From Candidatus Daviesbacteria bacterium (GTDB lineage Bacteria; Patescibacteriota; Microgenomatia; Daviesbacterales; UBA10151): a DNA stretch of 52,350 nucleotides. The translations under genes were made by a program, and so were the position numbers. Location: the NCBI GenBank assembly GCA_027451625.1, contig DAIDIY010000047.1, forward strand, positions 1 through 52,350, read 5' to 3'. Position 1 is the stretch's first letter. Each line of letters begins with the position of its first letter. Of the stretch, positions 48,863 through 52,350 are shown one piece after another. The notes beneath the pieces are model-generated. The model was not told the origin of the DNA, did no database searches, and saw nothing but the letters and a program-made list of their open reading frames with translations.

Positions 48863-51800
48863 TCTGAAACCTCAAATGATTCCATCTGTCCCCAATTATG
48901 TCCTACTTTTACTTCTACTTTAACCGGAACCGAAAGCTTTAAAGCATTCTCCATATTTTCCTTAACAATGGCTGCAGATTGGCTTAAATCATGTGGATTA
49001 CATTCAAAAAGAAGCTCATCATGAATTTGTAATATCATTTTACAGCCTACATTTTTCTCTTTAAATTTTTGATCTATTTGCAACATTGCTTTTTTTATCA
49101 TGTCGGCAGCTGTATTTTTTGAAATAACTCCTTCACTATCAAATCTATGACTTCCAGGGACACTTAAAGTATATGTTGTCTCAAATCGGTCAAGTTCTTC
49201 AATCTCTAAAATCTCGTTATATTGATAGACTGGAGTTTCTATTCTGAAAAAACCTCCCTCCATCCCGCTTTGGGGATAAATCAAAGGTGAACATCCTCCA
49301 TAATCTTTAAGAGGATAATATGCATTTGGAACAAACTGAACTTTATAAGACTGTTTTTCTACATAAAAATCATTTCGTACTGTAGGTAGAGGATATAAAT
49401 TTCTTAAATTTTGATTATACTTTGGCAACTCCACCGTAGTAATTAAACTCTTTACTATATCAAGTCGATAAAAAGAATTATTTTTATAAAAATATGGACC
49501 TTTAATTAAGCTTCCTACTCCCAGTGTTCTAAGTAGAAGCTGGAGATCTTGAAGAAGTTCCCTTGAATCAAGACAAACGGTTAAATTACCACCTTGGTCA
49601 TCTTCACCCTCAGAAGAATCTAAAATCCCTTTTATGAAATAAAAACGTTTTTCAATAGATTCTGTAAAAATAAGTGAAGGAATGGTTTTGGTATCTCCTA
49701 CTTCCAAATGTTTAAAGATATCTCCTAAAATCTGCGACTGAATTACCACTGAATAAGATGTTGAAGATTTACCTTTATTCCTTTGCTCTTTTAGATTTGG
49801 ATCTAAAAGAGCAAAAAACCGAATACACTCTTTTCTCTTTTGGGTTTCATCTTTTGAGAATAAATAAGTCAATGAATAAATCTCATCCTTACTTTTCTTC
49901 TTAGACAGATATCCGTTACCAATATAGTATCCTAACCAATACCATAAATCTTTCTTCATAATAAACTCTAAAAAAAGATCACTCTTTCTCTTTTCTTCCT
50001 GGTCGTATTTTGCAGATTTTGGATAAAATTCAAAAATCATCGGCACACTAAAACATACTTTTACTCCTGGTCTTAATTTTATAAATTCCATCCATTCATA
50101 TCCTTGCTCTCCTACGGTTAAAACTTTATGCCGCGTATCACATTTGAAGATTTGCCCATTAGAAAATTTTATTCTTGCTAACTGTGCTGTACCACGATTT
50201 AGTACTGTATAAGGCCTCCATTCAGTTCCATCCCAGACAAAAGGTGGTTTTGGATCTGACTTATAGAGCGTGCCAATTGGAATATATCCACTTGAAGTTA
50301 AAATTCTTGTATCTTCTGGAAGGCATCCTTGGACCGGATGATTGACAGCAGCTCTTTCTCCGAAAGATGAAAGAGCATGATTTGACGATCCTAACTCAGG
50401 GATATATCTTTTTCTCCCCCAAACGGTCTCAACAAATCCTTTCTCTCTACCCTCCTGGATAATTTTATTCATCCAGTCGTGTACTTTAGGAAACTGCATA
50501 AAATATTCACTAATATAACCCTGAGCTGTTTTATAATCAACTCCGAGTTGTCTACTTAACGAATGCGCTCCCTGTCCATAAAGGGTAGCGAAGTTCGTCG
50601 TTTTCCCTACCATCCGTTGTTCTTTAGTAACCTTACCAATTGGTATATTAAAAATCCTTGCTGCTGTGGCTGCATGAATATCCAGACCTTCCTCGAAACT
50701 CTTCCTAAGCCCTGGGTCATCAGTTAGATGGGCCATTATTCTAAGTTCAATCTGAGAATAGTCTGCTCCCAAAAGAATTTTTCCAGGTTCTGCTATAAAA
50801 GATTTACGAATCTCTCCCCCTTCAGTTCCTCTGATAGGAATATTCTGTAAGTTTGGATTCTGAGAAGAAAGCCTACCAGTCGCAGCCCCTTCTACATTAA
50901 ATGTTGAATGAACTCGTCCATTTATATCTGCATATTTTGGTAAAGCATCAAGATAAGTAGAAATCAATTTAAAAAGCTGACGATATTCCAAAATGAGCTT
51001 TACTGCGGGATGAAAATTAATAAGCTGAATTAAAGTTTCTTCATCAGTTGAGCGACCTGTTTTGATTTTTTTAATAACAGGAAGATTAAGTTGATCAAAT
51101 AATAGCTGTTGAAGTTGTTTAGGGCTCTTTATATTGATCTCATGTCCTATTATCGAGTAAATCTCTCTCTCTAAATCGACTAGTCTCCCTTTCATGTCGA
51201 TTCTCAATTTATCTAAAAACTTCAAATCTATTAATACTCCATTCTCAGACATCTGTTGTAGTAGAGGCTCAACTTGATGATCTAATTCTGTAGTAAATGA
51301 TGAGTCATTGGAAATGCTATATCTATCCTCCCCTGACTCCTTCAAATTATCTTCACCAGGTAATTTATTGTTCATATTTTCAAAGGTATCGTCTTCAGAT
51401 CTATGTTCCTTATCTCCATTTGGAATCCTTGAAAGTAAACTTTTAAATTCAAGTTGAGTAAAAATGTTTATTAAATCATCACGATTAAAGTTTGAGACAA
51501 TACTCTTTTGAAGGTCAAACTTTACAGGAAGTTCAGTTTCTATAGTAGCTAATTTCTTGCTCAATCTTGCATTTTCTTCTCCTTCTATCAGTAATTTCTT
51601 AATTCGTTCAGGAAGATCATTAAGATTTTTATATACATTCTCTAAAGTCTTATACTTCTGAATAAGTTTCGTAGCAGTTACTTCTCCAATACCAGATACG
51701 CCCGGTATATTATCAGAAGCGTCTCCAGCTAGACCTTTAAAATCAACTAAGTACTTTGGCTCAAATCCAAATCTAGCTATAAACTCTTCTTCCCCATATA

Positions 51801-52278
51801 ATCCGACGTCCTGAATCGTTTTTTTAGGCATAAACACTTTAACTCTATGATCTATTAGTTGCATGATATCTCTATCTCCAGTAACTATTATTACTTCCGT
51901 AGATTTCTGTTGTCTCTCTGTTAGTCGAGCTAATGTTCCAACTAGATCATCAGCCTCAAAGCCAGGTAATTTAAACTCTGGAATATTAAAGGCAGAAACT
52001 ACCTGATGAACCCTCTCGTATTGAGAAGTAAGATTGTCGTCAGCTGGTCCTCTATTGGCTTTATAACTTTCAAACTGATTATGACGGAAAGTAGGAGATC
52101 TCATGTCCCATGCTACCGCCAAATAATCTGGCTTTAGGTCTTCTAGAACCTTAAATAACATAGAAGAGAATCCATAAACTGCATTAATTATCTCTCCTTT
52201 AGAAGTTGTAAACATCGGTGTCGCATGGAAGGCGCGATGTAAAAGAGCATTACCATCAATTAAAACGAGTCGTTTCAT
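48859..52278 (-). CDS. polA: DNA polymerase I (5'-3' exonuclease + polymerase), intein-containing
   Basis: LIDGNALLHRAFHA, EADD, GDASDNIPG, TGRLSSQNPNLQNIP, ADYSQIELR, QIHDELLFE; 735 aa after intein removal. Confidence 0.97.
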   Translation of the reverse strand: MKRLVLIDGNALLHRAFHATPMFTTSKGEIINAVYGFSSMLFKVLEDLKPDYLAVAWDMRSPTFRHNQFESYKANRGPADDNLTSQYERVHQVVSAFNIPEFKLPGFEADDLVGTLARLTERQQKSTEVIIVTGDRDIMQLIDHRVKVFMPKKTIQDVGLYGEEEFIARFGFEPKYLVDFKGLAGDASDNIPGVSGIGEVTATKLIQKYKTLENVYKNLNDLPERIKKLLIEGEENARLSKKLATIETELPVKFDLQKSIVSNFNRDDLINIFTQLEFKSLLSRIPNGDKEHRSEDDTFENMNNKLPGEDNLKESGEDRYSISNDSSFTTELDHQVEPLLQQMSENGVLIDLKFLDKLRIDMKGRLVDLEREIYSIIGHEINIKSPKQLQQLLFDQLNLPVIKKIKTGRSTDEETLIQLINFHPAVKLILEYRQLFKLISTYLDALPKYADINGRVHSTFNVEGAATGRLSSQNPNLQNIPIRGTEGGEIRKSFIAEPGKILLGADYSQIELRIMAHLTDDPGLRKSFEEGLDIHAATAARIFNIPIGKVTKEQRMVGKTTNFATLYGQGAHSLSRQLGVDYKTAQGYISEYFMQFPKVHDWMNKIIQEGREKGFVETVWGRKRYIPELGSSNHALSSFGERAAVNHPVQGCLPEDTRILTSSGYIPIGTLYKSDPKPPFVWDGTEWRPYTVLNRGTAQLARIKFSNGQIFKCDTRHKVLTVGEQGYEWMEFIKLRPGVKVCFSVPMIFEFYPKSAKYDQEEKRKSDLFLEFIMKKDLWYWLGYYIGNGYLSKKKSKDEIYSLTYLFSKDETQKRKECIRFFALLDPNLKEQRNKGKSSTSYSVVIQSQILGDIFKHLEVGDTKTIPSLIFTESIEKRFYFIKGILDSSEGEDDQGGNLTVCLDSRELLQDLQLLLRTLGVGSLIKGPYFYKNNSFYRLDIVKSLITTVELPKYNQNLRNLYPLPTVRNDFYVEKQSYKVQFVPNAYYPLKDYGGCSPLIYPQSGMEGGFFRIETPVYQYNEILEIEELDRFETTYTLSVPGSHRFDSEGVISKNTAADMIKKAMLQIDQKFKEKNVGCKMILQIHDELLFECNPHDLSQSAAIVKENMENALKLSVPVKVEVKVGHNWGQMESFEVSD
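49114..50325 (-). mobile_element. Intein (404 aa) with LAGLIDADG-type endonuclease remnant in PolA
   Basis: NHPVQG|CLPEDTRILT...HRFDSEGVISKN|TAADMIK interrupts the conserved QG-TAAD motif; internal WLGYYIGNG and FIKGILDSSEG blocks. Confidence 0.93.
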
Positions 52279-52350
52279 CTACTCATTTTACCACGTCTAG
52301 AGGGCAAAAATGATTCATAGAATAACCTACTCAAAACCAGGAGAAAATCT

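Overview
AT-rich, gene-dense bacterial chromosome segment read with the standard code. It is most likely a Patescibacteria/CPR genome of the Microgenomates group, inferred from 16S signature substitutions and gene content. Housekeeping genes: topA (partial), a PilB-like ATPase, pyrG-dcd-tmk, mreC-mreD-pbp2, uppS, pth, ATP-dependent ligase, recF, mutM and polA. The window also has an orphan 16S rRNA transcription unit, an IS5-family element, a cluster of secreted Pro/Thr-rich proteins, and a GT-C glycosylation cluster flanked by isoprenoid genes. The strongest signal is a 741-nt insertion in the 16S decoding-site helix (E. coli C1402/C1403). It folds as a compact IIC-like group II ribozyme with no RT/maturase, a decayed LAGLIDADG ORF in domain IV, a non-canonical 5' end (9-nt extension, no GUGYG) and an EBS loop complementary to 8 nt across the ligated exon junction. 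Other notable items: an atypical intein in PolA, a membrane-anchored Clp/Hsp100 ATPase lacking both pore-loop tyrosines, and a recurring -10 box 6-7 nt before start codons that suggests widespread leaderless mRNAs. All structures and family assignments were made by eye; no searches were run.
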